From contig CAKSHM010000006.1 of NCBI GenBank assembly GCA_934457415.1, forward strand, positions 109,623-173,622: 64,000 nucleotides of DNA, given 5' to 3'. Positions 37,590-46,924 of this stretch are shown in pieces. Position 1 is the first letter of the stretch. Each line of letters begins with the position of its first letter. This stretch comes from an uncultured Eubacteriales bacterium (GTDB taxonomy: Bacteria > Bacillota > Clostridia > Oscillospirales > Acutalibacteraceae). The notes under the pieces were generated by a model. That model was given only the letters and a program-made list of their open reading frames with translations, did not search any database and had not been told where the DNA came from. The position numbers and the translations under genes are program-made.

Positions 37590-37633
37590 TGTTAGGTTGC
37601 TAACATTATACATCTTTGAATTTTTATTGTCAA
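37590..37633 (-). promoter_or_regulatory. Consensus SigA promoter with overlapping palindromic operator for the marR operon
   Basis: Minus strand reads TTGACA (37633-37628), 17 nt, TATAAT (37610-37605). It is immediately followed by the palindrome TGTTAGcaacCTAACA (37605-37590). Confidence 0.6.
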
Positions 37634-37744
37634 CAAGAAAAATATTAACTTTTTGTTAAGTCCGATTTTGAGGCTGAATATGATTTTTTAAAAGACACAA
37701 AATCGTCCGGTAACTAAAATCTTATATCTAAAAATACCACACAT

Positions 37745-37906
37745 GCTAGATGCTAGATACTAGATACTAGAAAATACCCCTCAGTCAGCTAACGCATAAG
37801 AAGGGAGTCTTGCTTTAGACTCTACTGAAACCCAAGCTTCCCCTTTAGACGATAGGGTTTGGTTATATCAAGTGCTGCTAGGCACACATCTGTCTAATAT
37901 CTTATA
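37745..37906 (+). repeat. Repeat family 3, copy B
   Basis: GCTAGAT GCTAGAT ACTAGAT ACTAGAA, then AATACCCCTCAGTCAGCTAACG...GGGTTTGGTTATAT...GCACACATCTGTCTAATATCT. Same orientation as copy A. Lacks 27 nt that are present in A at 33130-33156. Confidence 0.8.
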
Positions 37907-37960
37907 AACAAAAGCACCCATTCATTCAAACCAAAGGTAATAAATGAATGGGTGTGCTTT

Positions 37961-38449
37961 TTATTTTTGTCCCATAACGCTTTCGAAGTACTCAAAAGTA
38001 TTATTTTTAATATTATCTATTTCCGATTTTTTATTTTCAAAGGAATTTTCTTTTTCGGTTGCCATAAGAATTTCGGATTTTGCAACCTCTGTTTTCCCTA
38101 AAATGAGATTTACAAGCTCCTTGTTTTCTTCCGATTGTTCCAAAGATAAGCGCCCTGAAAGCTCGGTTGCTCTTAAAACTATCTCGCCTATAGTATCCGA
38201 GCCGTAGACAGAGATATCGTCAAGAACGATATCCTCAGGCTTATGTTTAACCTCATCGTTTTGCTTATTTTCCGGCTTTGCAGTTAAATCGGCGCTTATT
38301 TGCTCCTTTGTGCCTTGCATTGCACTAAGCCTTTTTATTTCGGCATTTCTTTTTGAGATTTCCTTTTTTAAAAGCGCAATCTCAATTTCGAGCTGTTTCA
38401 TCTGCTCAAAAAGTAAGGTGTTTTGTTCAAGAAGCTTTTTCTTTCGCAT
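37961..38449 (-). CDS. Hypothetical coiled-coil protein
   Basis: 162 aa with an N-terminal heptad-rich segment LLEQNTLLFEQMKQLEIEIALLKKEISKRNAEIKRL. No family recognised. Confidence 0.5.
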   Translation of the reverse strand: MRKKKLLEQNTLLFEQMKQLEIEIALLKKEISKRNAEIKRLSAMQGTKEQISADLTAKPENKQNDEVKHKPEDIVLDDISVYGSDTIGEIVLRATELSGRLSLEQSEENKELVNLILGKTEVAKSEILMATEKENSFENKKSEIDNIKNNTFEYFESVMGQK

Positions 38450-38915
38450 ATTTCTTTTCTCTTTCTATTTTTATAGCAACGGTAACTATTATTACCGCGA
38501 GCAGAGCCGCAGTAGAATCAATCAGCATATCCCTTATTTCGCAGCTTCTGCCCTTAACGAAATACTGATGAATTTCATCGCTTACAGCATACAGAAAGCA
38601 AAGCAGAAACGCAATCAAAGAATTATAATAAAATTCAAGCTTTTTAACCGAAATAAAGGTCAGCGCCGAAAAAATCCCCAAAACAAAATAAATACTGAAA
38701 TGAGCGGCTTTTCTAACGGGAAATGTGAGACTGTCAACTACCTCCGCCTTTTTTTCCTCGTCAAGGTCATTGAATTTTGAAGAAACGGTGCTAAGCACCT
38801 TTACCGTAAACGAATCGCTTGTTTTATCCGACTCAGACGCGTCCTGAGCGCTGAAACAGAAAATAAGCACCATACAGCAAAAGGTAAAAAAAGCATATAT
38901 AACTGTTTTTTTCAT
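38427..38915 (-). CDS. VanZ-family membrane protein
   Basis: KAAHFSIYFVLG and DEIHQYFVKGRSCEIRDMLIDS motifs. Confidence 0.8.
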   Translation of the reverse strand: MKKTVIYAFFTFCCMVLIFCFSAQDASESDKTSDSFTVKVLSTVSSKFNDLDEEKKAEVVDSLTFPVRKAAHFSIYFVLGIFSALTFISVKKLEFYYNSLIAFLLCFLYAVSDEIHQYFVKGRSCEIRDMLIDSTAALLAVIIVTVAIKIEREKKYAKEKAS

Positions 38916-40099
38916 TACAGCTTAACTTGTCCTCTTATATAAGCAAGAAGCGTTCCGCCTAAAAGTCTGACATTGTTGCGTTTGACCTCAACATGAACAT
39001 GAGGGCCTGTCGAGTTTCCTGTAGAGCCTGCATAGCCTATTACCTGTCCCTGCTTTACATGCGCTCCTGTAGAAACAGCAGTTCTTACCATGTGAGCATA
39101 AAGTGTAATATATGTGTTGCCGGTAGGAGTGCGGCCGTGGTCAATTGTAACATAATTTCCGTAGCTTGCCATTCCGTAAATTCCCATGGAAGAACTCCAT
39201 CCGTTCTGACAGCCTACTACTATGCCGTCCGCCATCGCCAAAATAGGGACGCCGATATTTCTGTTAGTCGGGATATCATAGCCGGTATGACCTCCGTAAG
39301 TTGTTGCATTATAATAACCTGGAACCGGCCAGATAAAGCGCTCCGCGTCAAGCACGATATTGACATTTGAAGTCAAACTTAAAAGATAATTCTGCCTTTC
39401 TCTTATCTGAGATTCAAGCTCCTTATTCTGCTTAACGGTTGTATTCTGCTGAGCCGATAAACTGTTTAATGTATTCTGCTCTTTGGCTCTATCGGACTCA
39501 AGCTCTTTTTGCTTTTGAATGATAGTTTTCTGAAGCTCTACCTGCTCATTTAAAAGCATTTCATTTTCGGCGTTTTTATCCTGCAATTCCTTAATTGCCG
39601 CCTCTAATTTCTGCATAAGAGCCTTATCATGCGAGCTTACGGCTTTCATAAGCTGAGAAAGCTGAAGATACTCAGAAAAGCTGTCCGCACCCAAAAGGAT
39701 TTTTACGCTGCTTTCGGTATTGCTCATATATGACGCACGGAAACGCTTTTTAAATGTAAGCTTATCGGATTCGATTTCTTTATTCTTAGCGTCAATCTGA
39801 GCCTTGTTCTCTGATATTTTAGCATTTATTGAGCTTATTTGTTTATTACAGGCTATAACCTGACTTTCTACAACGCTTATCTTCTTTTGAATTGCGCTTA
39901 CTACCGCCTGCTGATTGTTTTTCTCTTTACTTAAAGCCGCAATCTGCTTTTCAAGAGCTTTTGACTGCTGTTCAAGCTGATTTATTTCATTTTGAATCTG
40001 AGAGGTGGTTTTTGCGGCGCTTACAGGGATAACAGAAAAAACCGACGCAAAAACAAATGCGACCGATAAAATAAAGGAAACATATTTTTTAATTTTCAT
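38915..40099 (-). CDS. M23 family peptidoglycan metalloendopeptidase with long N-terminal coiled coil (EnvC/PcsB-like architecture)
   Basis: Signal peptide, about 230 aa of coiled coil, and a C-terminal LytM domain (HTGYDI ... GNSTGPHVHVEV). Confidence 0.85.
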   Translation of the reverse strand: MKIKKYVSFILSVAFVFASVFSVIPVSAAKTTSQIQNEINQLEQQSKALEKQIAALSKEKNNQQAVVSAIQKKISVVESQVIACNKQISSINAKISENKAQIDAKNKEIESDKLTFKKRFRASYMSNTESSVKILLGADSFSEYLQLSQLMKAVSSHDKALMQKLEAAIKELQDKNAENEMLLNEQVELQKTIIQKQKELESDRAKEQNTLNSLSAQQNTTVKQNKELESQIRERQNYLLSLTSNVNIVLDAERFIWPVPGYYNATTYGGHTGYDIPTNRNIGVPILAMADGIVVGCQNGWSSSMGIYGMASYGNYVTIDHGRTPTGNTYITLYAHMVRTAVSTGAHVKQGQVIGYAGSTGNSTGPHVHVEVKRNNVRLLGGTLLAYIRGQVKL

Positions 40100-40118
40100 A
40101 AAATCAATTCCTCCGCTT

Positions 40119-41162
40119 TTAAATTGCCGCGAATTCGCTGCCCTCTCGCCTTAAATATTTACCTATTATAATTATGCTGCCTAAAACACCCGCCACAACT
40201 CCGACTCCGAGGAAAATCAGAATAAGAATTCCCGCAAGTGATTTAAAGCTGACCAAGGCATTTGCTCCGAATGACGAAACAATAGTTTCGGTTGCTACCC
40301 TGTAGCAGAAATAAACGAGCGCTTCGGCGATAACTGCCGAAATTGCGCCGATAAGAACACCCTCGACAATAAAAGGAATTCTTACAAACGAATCGGTTGC
40401 TCCGACCGCCTTCATTATGCTGATTTCAAGCTTTCTGTTATACATTGTAATCCTGATTGTGTTACAAACAATAACAAGAGATATAATGATGAGTATAACC
40501 ATTATTACAATGCCTGCGACGGCAATTCCGTTTTTAACCGAGGTTATCATTTCCGCGGTGTCGCTGTTTGACTGAATTGTATCAACACCGTCAAGCGTTT
40601 TTATTTTATCAAGCGTTGCATCGAAAAGAGACATATCGGACATTGTGACCTTAGCTGCTGCGGAAATCGGATTTCCGTAATCATCATTTAAAAAGTCAAA
40701 ATAATCGCCCTGTCCCTCAAGCATTGCGTTCTTTGCGGCCTCGAGGCCTGCGTCGCTCGAAATATATTCAACTTTTTTAACGTTCGTAATTTTTTTGATT
40801 TTCTCGCAAAGCGCATTTGCCTCTTCATCATTATGTATAACATAATCACTTGATTTTATTCCGTTTTTATCAGGCTGTTCAGCCGTCTGTTCTTCTTCGG
40901 AGGAGGCTTCGGCTGTTTCTGACGATGTATCGGCCTTATCGGCATACAAAGCCCAGTTATAGTCCTTCATATAAACCATAACAACATTTTCCTGCTCAAG
41001 TCTGCCGATAGCCTTATCGGCGCAGGCGGATATAAGTACCGCAAGACCGATAATTACCATACACGCAACAAGAACACCTATCGAGGCAAGCGACATAAGC
41101 CTGTTGGCCCAAGTATTCTTAACGCCCTCTTTTACAAGATATCTGACGCTCTGCACCTTCAT
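40119..41162 (-). CDS. ftsX: Cell-division permease-like protein FtsX
   Basis: N-terminal TM segment, large extracytoplasmic domain, three C-terminal TM segments, and RKLEISIMKAVGAT. Directly follows ftsE. Confidence 0.88.
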   Translation of the reverse strand: MKVQSVRYLVKEGVKNTWANRLMSLASIGVLVACMVIIGLAVLISACADKAIGRLEQENVVMVYMKDYNWALYADKADTSSETAEASSEEEQTAEQPDKNGIKSSDYVIHNDEEANALCEKIKKITNVKKVEYISSDAGLEAAKNAMLEGQGDYFDFLNDDYGNPISAAAKVTMSDMSLFDATLDKIKTLDGVDTIQSNSDTAEMITSVKNGIAVAGIVIMVILIIISLVIVCNTIRITMYNRKLEISIMKAVGATDSFVRIPFIVEGVLIGAISAVIAEALVYFCYRVATETIVSSFGANALVSFKSLAGILILIFLGVGVVAGVLGSIIIIGKYLRREGSEFAAI

Positions 41163-41899
41163 CAGTCCATACCTCCTGCCGCATTATCCGCCACGATATG
41201 ACCCGAATCGAGCATTATTACCCTATGGTGAAAATCTCTTACAAGATTATGGTCATGAGTCACCATAAGGACAGTAGTTCCGCGCTTATTGATTTCTGTA
41301 AGCAAAGAAACTATTTCATAGGACATATTGGGGTCGACATTTCCCGTAGGCTCGTCCGCAATAATAAGCTCCGGAGAATTTACAAGGGCTCTTGCAAGTC
41401 CTACTCTCTGCTGTTCGCCGCCCGAAAGCTGACGGGGCATTGAGCGGGCCTTATCTCCGAGTCCTACCTTTGAAAGAGCCTTAGATACCTTTATTCTTAT
41501 TTCTCTGTTGGAAGCCCCTACAACGTGCATTGCAAATGCAACATTATCAAAAACATTCATTGTGGGAATAAGTCTGAAATCCTGAAAGACAATTCCCATT
41601 GTACGCCTGAGCATAGGGACTTCGCGGCGAGGCATTTTTGTTAAATTAAACCCGTTTACCATGATCTCACCGGTATTTGCTTTTTCCTCGCGCATGATAA
41701 GCTTTAAAAATGTGCTTTTACCCGCGCCCGACGAGCCTACGACAAATACGAATTCCCCGCTGTTTATCCTGACATTCAGGTCCTCAACGGCATGAGTACC
41801 CGTAAGATAGGTTTTAGAAACACCGCGGAATTCGATAACGGTTTTCTGATTATCGGCAGGCGGCGCAAAATCCTGCACCGCCTGATTTTCTATAGACAT
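41162..41899 (-). CDS. ftsE: Cell-division ATP-binding protein FtsE
   Basis: GSSGAGKSTF, LSGGEQQRVGLARAL and IADEPTGNVD motifs. Confidence 0.9.
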   Translation of the reverse strand: MSIENQAVQDFAPPADNQKTVIEFRGVSKTYLTGTHAVEDLNVRINSGEFVFVVGSSGAGKSTFLKLIMREEKANTGEIMVNGFNLTKMPRREVPMLRRTMGIVFQDFRLIPTMNVFDNVAFAMHVVGASNREIRIKVSKALSKVGLGDKARSMPRQLSGGEQQRVGLARALVNSPELIIADEPTGNVDPNMSYEIVSLLTEINKRGTTVLMVTHDHNLVRDFHHRVIMLDSGHIVADNAAGGMD

Positions 41900-41920
41900 T
41901 AAAGAAGTTTCCCCTTCGAA

Positions 41921-43000
41921 TTAATATTTAACAGGATTACTCTTAAGGTATTTATTTACCATAAGCGCAATTTTAAATACGATTGCATGATCAAACTCTC
42001 TTAAATCAAGACCTGTAATCTTTTTGATTTTTTCAAGTCTGTAAACAAGAGTGTTTCTGTGAACAAAAAGCTTTCTTGAAGTCTCGGAAACATTGAGGTT
42101 GTTTTCAAAGAAACGCTGAATGGTAAACAGGGTTTCCTGATCGAGAGAATCTATCGAGCCTTTTTTGAAAACCTCTCTTAAGAAGGTTTCGCAAAGAGTT
42201 GTCGGGAGCTGATAAATAAGTCTGGCAATTCCGAGGTTATTATAAGAAATAATTGTTTTTTCGGTGTCAAATACCTTGCCGACCTCCAATGCGGTCTGCG
42301 CTTCCTTGAATGAACGGGCAAGGTCCTTAAGATTATCTACGGTTGTTCCTATACCGATAACGGCACGGACATAGAACTCGCCCGAAATCGTATCAGCAAT
42401 CGAGGATGCGAGATTTTCAATATCCTTTGCGGAAATTTCGGGAGAGGTTTCTTTAACAAGAGCAATATCGGTTTCATTTATATTTATAATGAAATCCTTT
42501 GTCTTATCGGGGAAAAGGTTCTGAAGAACATCATAAACCGAAACATCATTAGGCTCAAGATTGCGGATAAGTATACATGTGCGCATAACATCACTGTTAA
42601 AATAAAGCTCGCGCGCTTTAAGATAGATATCACCTGGGAGAATATTATCCAGAATAATATTCTTGATAAAGTTTCCGCGGTCATACTTCTCATCATAATA
42701 ATATTTAATATTGGCAAAAGCCACCGCCAATACTCCGGCATATTTATTAGAAATAATATCTTCGCCCTCAACAAATACGGTATAATTGGTTCCCTGCTTT
42801 ATCCCGAGAGATTTAAAGGTGAATCCGTCGGAAGTATATGCGTCGATATTAACTCCGTACGGAATTGGAGTAAGCTGGTCACCAATGTGGCCGAGATCGC
42901 TGCAGGCAATGACGGTATAATTCTCATCAAGCACCCCGAAAGTTTTGTCAATGGAGTCCTTCATCTGATGAATTACACCCTGAAATAAGCGATTTGACAT
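41921..43000 (-). CDS. PucR/CdaR-family transcriptional regulator
   Basis: C-terminal HTH ETSRKLFVHRNTLVYRLEKIKKITGLDL. Confidence 0.8.
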   Translation of the reverse strand: MSNRLFQGVIHQMKDSIDKTFGVLDENYTVIACSDLGHIGDQLTPIPYGVNIDAYTSDGFTFKSLGIKQGTNYTVFVEGEDIISNKYAGVLAVAFANIKYYYDEKYDRGNFIKNIILDNILPGDIYLKARELYFNSDVMRTCILIRNLEPNDVSVYDVLQNLFPDKTKDFIININETDIALVKETSPEISAKDIENLASSIADTISGEFYVRAVIGIGTTVDNLKDLARSFKEAQTALEVGKVFDTEKTIISYNNLGIARLIYQLPTTLCETFLREVFKKGSIDSLDQETLFTIQRFFENNLNVSETSRKLFVHRNTLVYRLEKIKKITGLDLREFDHAIVFKIALMVNKYLKSNPVKY

Positions 43001-43130
43001 TTTATAAACACATCCTGTCTTTTTTTAATATTATCAATATAACATTATAATACTCGTAATATTATTGTACACAAAACCTCGCATTTTTTCAAGTGTATCT
43101 GCAAAAAAAGTTACAAAAAGTTACAAATTA

Positions 43131-43162
43131 AAACTCTCTGCCAAAAACAGCAGAGAGTTTTT
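43131..43162. terminator. Terminator downstream of nifJ
   Basis: aaactctctgc / gcagagagttt stem. Confidence 0.7.
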
Positions 43163-43190
43163 GTGTAATATTACATTACATTTTTAAATT

Positions 43191-46100
43191 TTACTTTCCG
43201 TAAAGCTCAACAAGCTTTTCAAGATGCGCTCTTCTTGCCTTTGCGGTAGCCTCAGCCTTATCAAAAAGAACTTGGGCGCGCTCGGGGAACGAACGGGTAA
43301 GAGAAGAATATCTTGCTTCACCGAGAATGAATTCCTTATAATCGGCAGTTGCAGGCTTACTGTCAAGGCTGAACGGATTCTTACCCTCTGCCTTAAGCGC
43401 CGGATTATAACGGAAGAGATCCCAATATCCGCAGTCAACCGCTCTCTTCATTTCCTTCTGACAGTTAACCATGCCGCCCTTAATAGAGTGCATTTCGCAG
43501 GGAGCATATCCGATTACGAGAGACGGACCGTCATAAGCCTCAGCCTCTTTAATAGCCTTGAGTGTCTGATTCTGGTCTGCGCCCATAGCTATCTGAGCAA
43601 CATAGATATATCCGTAGCTCATAGCGATTTCGGCAAGGCTCTTCTTGGCGATTGCTTTACCGGCAGCCGCAAACTGAGCAACCTGACCGATATTAGAAGC
43701 CTTTGAAGCCTGACCGCCTGTATTAGAGTAAACCTCGGTATCGAATACCATTATGTTTACATTTCTTCCGCTTGCGAGAACATGGTCAACACCGCCGAAG
43801 CCGATATCATAAGCCCATCCGTCTCCGCCGAATATCCAAACGGACTTCTTTGAGAGGTATTCTGAGTTATCAACTATATCCCTGCACTTATCGCACTCAG
43901 CGTTTGATGCCTTGATTGCCTCAACAAGAGCCTTTGATGCGTCGGCATTAGCCTTAGCGTCATTAAGTGTATCAAGGTAAGCATCAGCGGCAGCCTTAAC
44001 AGCCTCTGTTGCCTTTTCGGATGAAGCGATAGCCTTAGCGTCATCAATAAGGCGCTCTCTTATAGCAGTCTGTCCGAGATACATTCCGTAACCGTGCTCA
44101 GCGTTATCCTCAAAGAGTGAGTTCGCCCAAGCAGGTCCGTGACCTTCGGCATTGGTGGTATAAGGAGAAGTAGCGGCAGGACCGCCCCAGATTGAAGAAC
44201 AGCCGGTAGCATTAGAAATATACATTCTGTCGCCGAAGAGCTGAGTGATAAGTCTTGCATAAGAGGTCTCAGCGCAGCCTGCGCATGAGCCTGAGAATTC
44301 AAGAAGAGGCTTTTTGAACTGTGAAGTGATAACGTTTGCGTCGGTAGCAACATCCTTTTTCTCGGTTACATTTGCTACGCAGTAATCAAATACATTCTGC
44401 TCATCAAGCTGAGATTCCTGAGATACCATCTTAAGAGAAGCTGTCGGGCAAACGCCTACGCATACTCCGCATCCCATACAGTCAAGCGGGGAAACGGTAA
44501 GAGCATAGCTATAACCCTTAGCGGCAACCATTTTTTCTTTAACGGCATACTTGGTATTTACAGGAGCCTTTGCCTTTTCGTCCTCTGAAAGAGCAAACGG
44601 ACGGAGTGTGGCATGAGGACATACAAATGCGCACTTATTACATCCTACGCAGGTCTCATTATTCCAAACGGGAACCATAACGGCAACGCCGCGCTTTTCA
44701 AATGCGGAAGCGCCCTGCTCAAATGTACCGTCGGCATGGTCGGTAAATGCGGAAACGGGAAGCTCATAACCGTTCATAAGACCTACCGGTTTCATGATAT
44801 TATCTACCATTTTAACGAGCTTTTCGGGTCCGTTTTCACTAACGGCAGTCTTAACATCAGAAGCGTCAGCCCAAGAAGCAGGAACATCAACCTGAACGAA
44901 CGCGGTAGCGCCGGCGTCGATAGCCTTTTCGTTCATCTCGACGATTTCTTTACCCTTCTTCATGAACTTCTGAGCTTTTTCCTTCATATAACCGATTGCT
45001 TCATCAACAGGAAGAACCTTAGCAAGAGCGAAGAACGCAGACTGCAAAACAGTATTTGTACGCTTGCCGAGTCCGATTTTCGCAGCTATATCAATAGCAT
45101 TAACGGTATAAAGCTTAATATTATTCTTAGCGATATATCTTTTTGCTTCTGCAGGCATGTGCTTATCAAGCTCATCTGCCGTCCACTGGCAGTTGATAAG
45201 GAATACACCGCCGGGTTTTACATCGTTGACCATCTTATATCCCTTAATAACATAAGAGGGGTTATGACATGCAACGAAGTCTGCCTTATTTATGTAATAG
45301 GGGCTCTTAATGGGCTTATCGCCGAAACGCAGATGGGATACGGTGATACCGCCGGTTTTCTTTGAGTCATACTGGAAGTAAGCCTGAACATACTTATCGG
45401 TATGGTCGCCGATAATCTTAATAGAGTCTTTATTTGCGCCTACGGTTCCGTCGCCGCCGAGACCCCAGAACTTACATTCAATTGTACCCTCAGCCGCAGT
45501 GTTCGGAGCTTCCTCTTCTTCGAGAGAAAGATTAGTTACATCATCGACAATGCCGATTGTAAACTGGTGCTTAGGAGCGTCCTTAGAAAGTTCTTTATAA
45601 ACCGCAAAAATGCTTGCGGGCGGAGTATCCTTAGAGCCTAAGCCGTAACGTCCGCCGATAACGGTGTCAACCTTTCTGCCTGTAGCGGCAAGAGCGCCGA
45701 CAACATCCATATAAAGCGGCTCGCCGAGGGCGCCGGGTTCTTTTGTACGGTCTAAAACAGCTATTTTCTTAACTGTCTGCGGAATAGCCTCAACAAGCTT
45801 TTCGGCAGAGAATGGACGGTAAAGGCGAACCTTTACAAGGCCTACCTTTTCACCCTTAGCCGTAAGATAATCAATAACCTCTTCCGCAACATCGCAAACA
45901 GAGCCCATTGCAACAATTACGCGCTCTGCGTCAGCCGCACCGTAATAGTTAAAGAGCTTATAATCGGTGCCGAGCTTAGCGTTTACCTTATCCATATAAT
46001 CTTCAACGATAGCAGGAACTGCATCATAATACTTATTGCATGCTTCTCTGTTCTGGAAGAAGATATCGTCGTTTTCATGAGAGCCGCGCATAACGGGATG

Positions 46101-46733
46101 CTCCGGATTGAGGGCGCGTTTACGGAATGCGTTTACCGCGTCCATATCGCACATTTCCTTAAGGTCTTCATAATCCCATACCTGAATTTTCTGGATTTCG
46201 TGAGAGGTACGGAAACCGTCAAAGAAGTTGATAAAAGGAACTCTGCTCTTTATTGAAGCAAGATGTGCAACGGCAGCAAGATCCATAACCTCCTGCGGAT
46301 TTGTCTCAGCGAGCATTGCAAAGCCTGTCTGACGGCAAGCATAGACATCGGAATGATCTCCGAAAATATTGAGCGCATGGCTTGCTACGCAGCGCGCCGA
46401 TACATGAAAAACACACGGAAGCAATTCGCCCGCTATCTTATACATATTCGGGATCATCAGCAAAAGACCCTGAGAAGCGGTAAAGGTGGTAGTAAGTGCG
46501 CCTGCCGCGAGAGAACCGTGAACAGTACCTGCGGCGCCTGCTTCGGACTGCATTTCTACAACATTGACTTTTGTGCCGAATATGTTTTTCAGTCCCTGAG
46601 CGGACCACTGATCAACATAATCAGCCATCGGGCTGGACGGTGTAATCGGGTAGATACCGGCTACCTCGGTAAACGCATAGGCTACATGAGCCGCGGCGTT
46701 ATTTCCGTCCATAGTTTTGAACTTTCTTGCCAT
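43191..46733 (-). CDS. nifJ: Pyruvate:ferredoxin (flavodoxin) oxidoreductase
   Basis: 1180 aa, N-terminus MDGNNAAAHVAYAFTEVAGIYPITPSS. Two ferredoxin-type clusters (CVGCNKCAFVCP, CMGCGVCVGVCP) and the TPP region GGDGWAYDIG. Confidence 0.96.
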   Translation of the reverse strand: MARKFKTMDGNNAAAHVAYAFTEVAGIYPITPSSPMADYVDQWSAQGLKNIFGTKVNVVEMQSEAGAAGTVHGSLAAGALTTTFTASQGLLLMIPNMYKIAGELLPCVFHVSARCVASHALNIFGDHSDVYACRQTGFAMLAETNPQEVMDLAAVAHLASIKSRVPFINFFDGFRTSHEIQKIQVWDYEDLKEMCDMDAVNAFRKRALNPEHPVMRGSHENDDIFFQNREACNKYYDAVPAIVEDYMDKVNAKLGTDYKLFNYYGAADAERVIVAMGSVCDVAEEVIDYLTAKGEKVGLVKVRLYRPFSAEKLVEAIPQTVKKIAVLDRTKEPGALGEPLYMDVVGALAATGRKVDTVIGGRYGLGSKDTPPASIFAVYKELSKDAPKHQFTIGIVDDVTNLSLEEEEAPNTAAEGTIECKFWGLGGDGTVGANKDSIKIIGDHTDKYVQAYFQYDSKKTGGITVSHLRFGDKPIKSPYYINKADFVACHNPSYVIKGYKMVNDVKPGGVFLINCQWTADELDKHMPAEAKRYIAKNNIKLYTVNAIDIAAKIGLGKRTNTVLQSAFFALAKVLPVDEAIGYMKEKAQKFMKKGKEIVEMNEKAIDAGATAFVQVDVPASWADASDVKTAVSENGPEKLVKMVDNIMKPVGLMNGYELPVSAFTDHADGTFEQGASAFEKRGVAVMVPVWNNETCVGCNKCAFVCPHATLRPFALSEDEKAKAPVNTKYAVKEKMVAAKGYSYALTVSPLDCMGCGVCVGVCPTASLKMVSQESQLDEQNVFDYCVANVTEKKDVATDANVITSQFKKPLLEFSGSCAGCAETSYARLITQLFGDRMYISNATGCSSIWGGPAATSPYTTNAEGHGPAWANSLFEDNAEHGYGMYLGQTAIRERLIDDAKAIASSEKATEAVKAAADAYLDTLNDAKANADASKALVEAIKASNAECDKCRDIVDNSEYLSKKSVWIFGGDGWAYDIGFGGVDHVLASGRNVNIMVFDTEVYSNTGGQASKASNIGQVAQFAAAGKAIAKKSLAEIAMSYGYIYVAQIAMGADQNQTLKAIKEAEAYDGPSLVIGYAPCEMHSIKGGMVNCQKEMKRAVDCGYWDLFRYNPALKAEGKNPFSLDSKPATADYKEFILGEARYSSLTRSFPERAQVLFDKAEATAKARRAHLEKLVELYGK

Positions 46734-46867
46734 GGAAAATTCCTCCTGTTAAGAATTAAATAAGATTTATAACCGTTAATACTGCAAAACAGTATCATAC
46801 TAATATATAGTACCACTTTTTTTGACCTTTGTAAACAAAAAAATATTATTTTTTTACATAAAAAATA

Positions 46868-46912
46868 AATCTCTCCTTTAATTCTGCATTTAAGCAAAGC
46901 AAAGGAGAGATT
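46868..46912. terminator. Terminator downstream of the nucleoside ABC operon
   Basis: aatctctccttt / aaaggagagatt stem flanked by A- and T-runs. Confidence 0.75.
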
Positions 46913-46924
46913 TTTTCAAAATTT

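Noticed and set aside
43095-43130. Direct repeat AAAAAGTTACA AAAAGTTACA upstream of the nifJ terminator.
   Set aside because: It is only two short AT-rich units in an AT-rich spacer, with no associated structure or gene.
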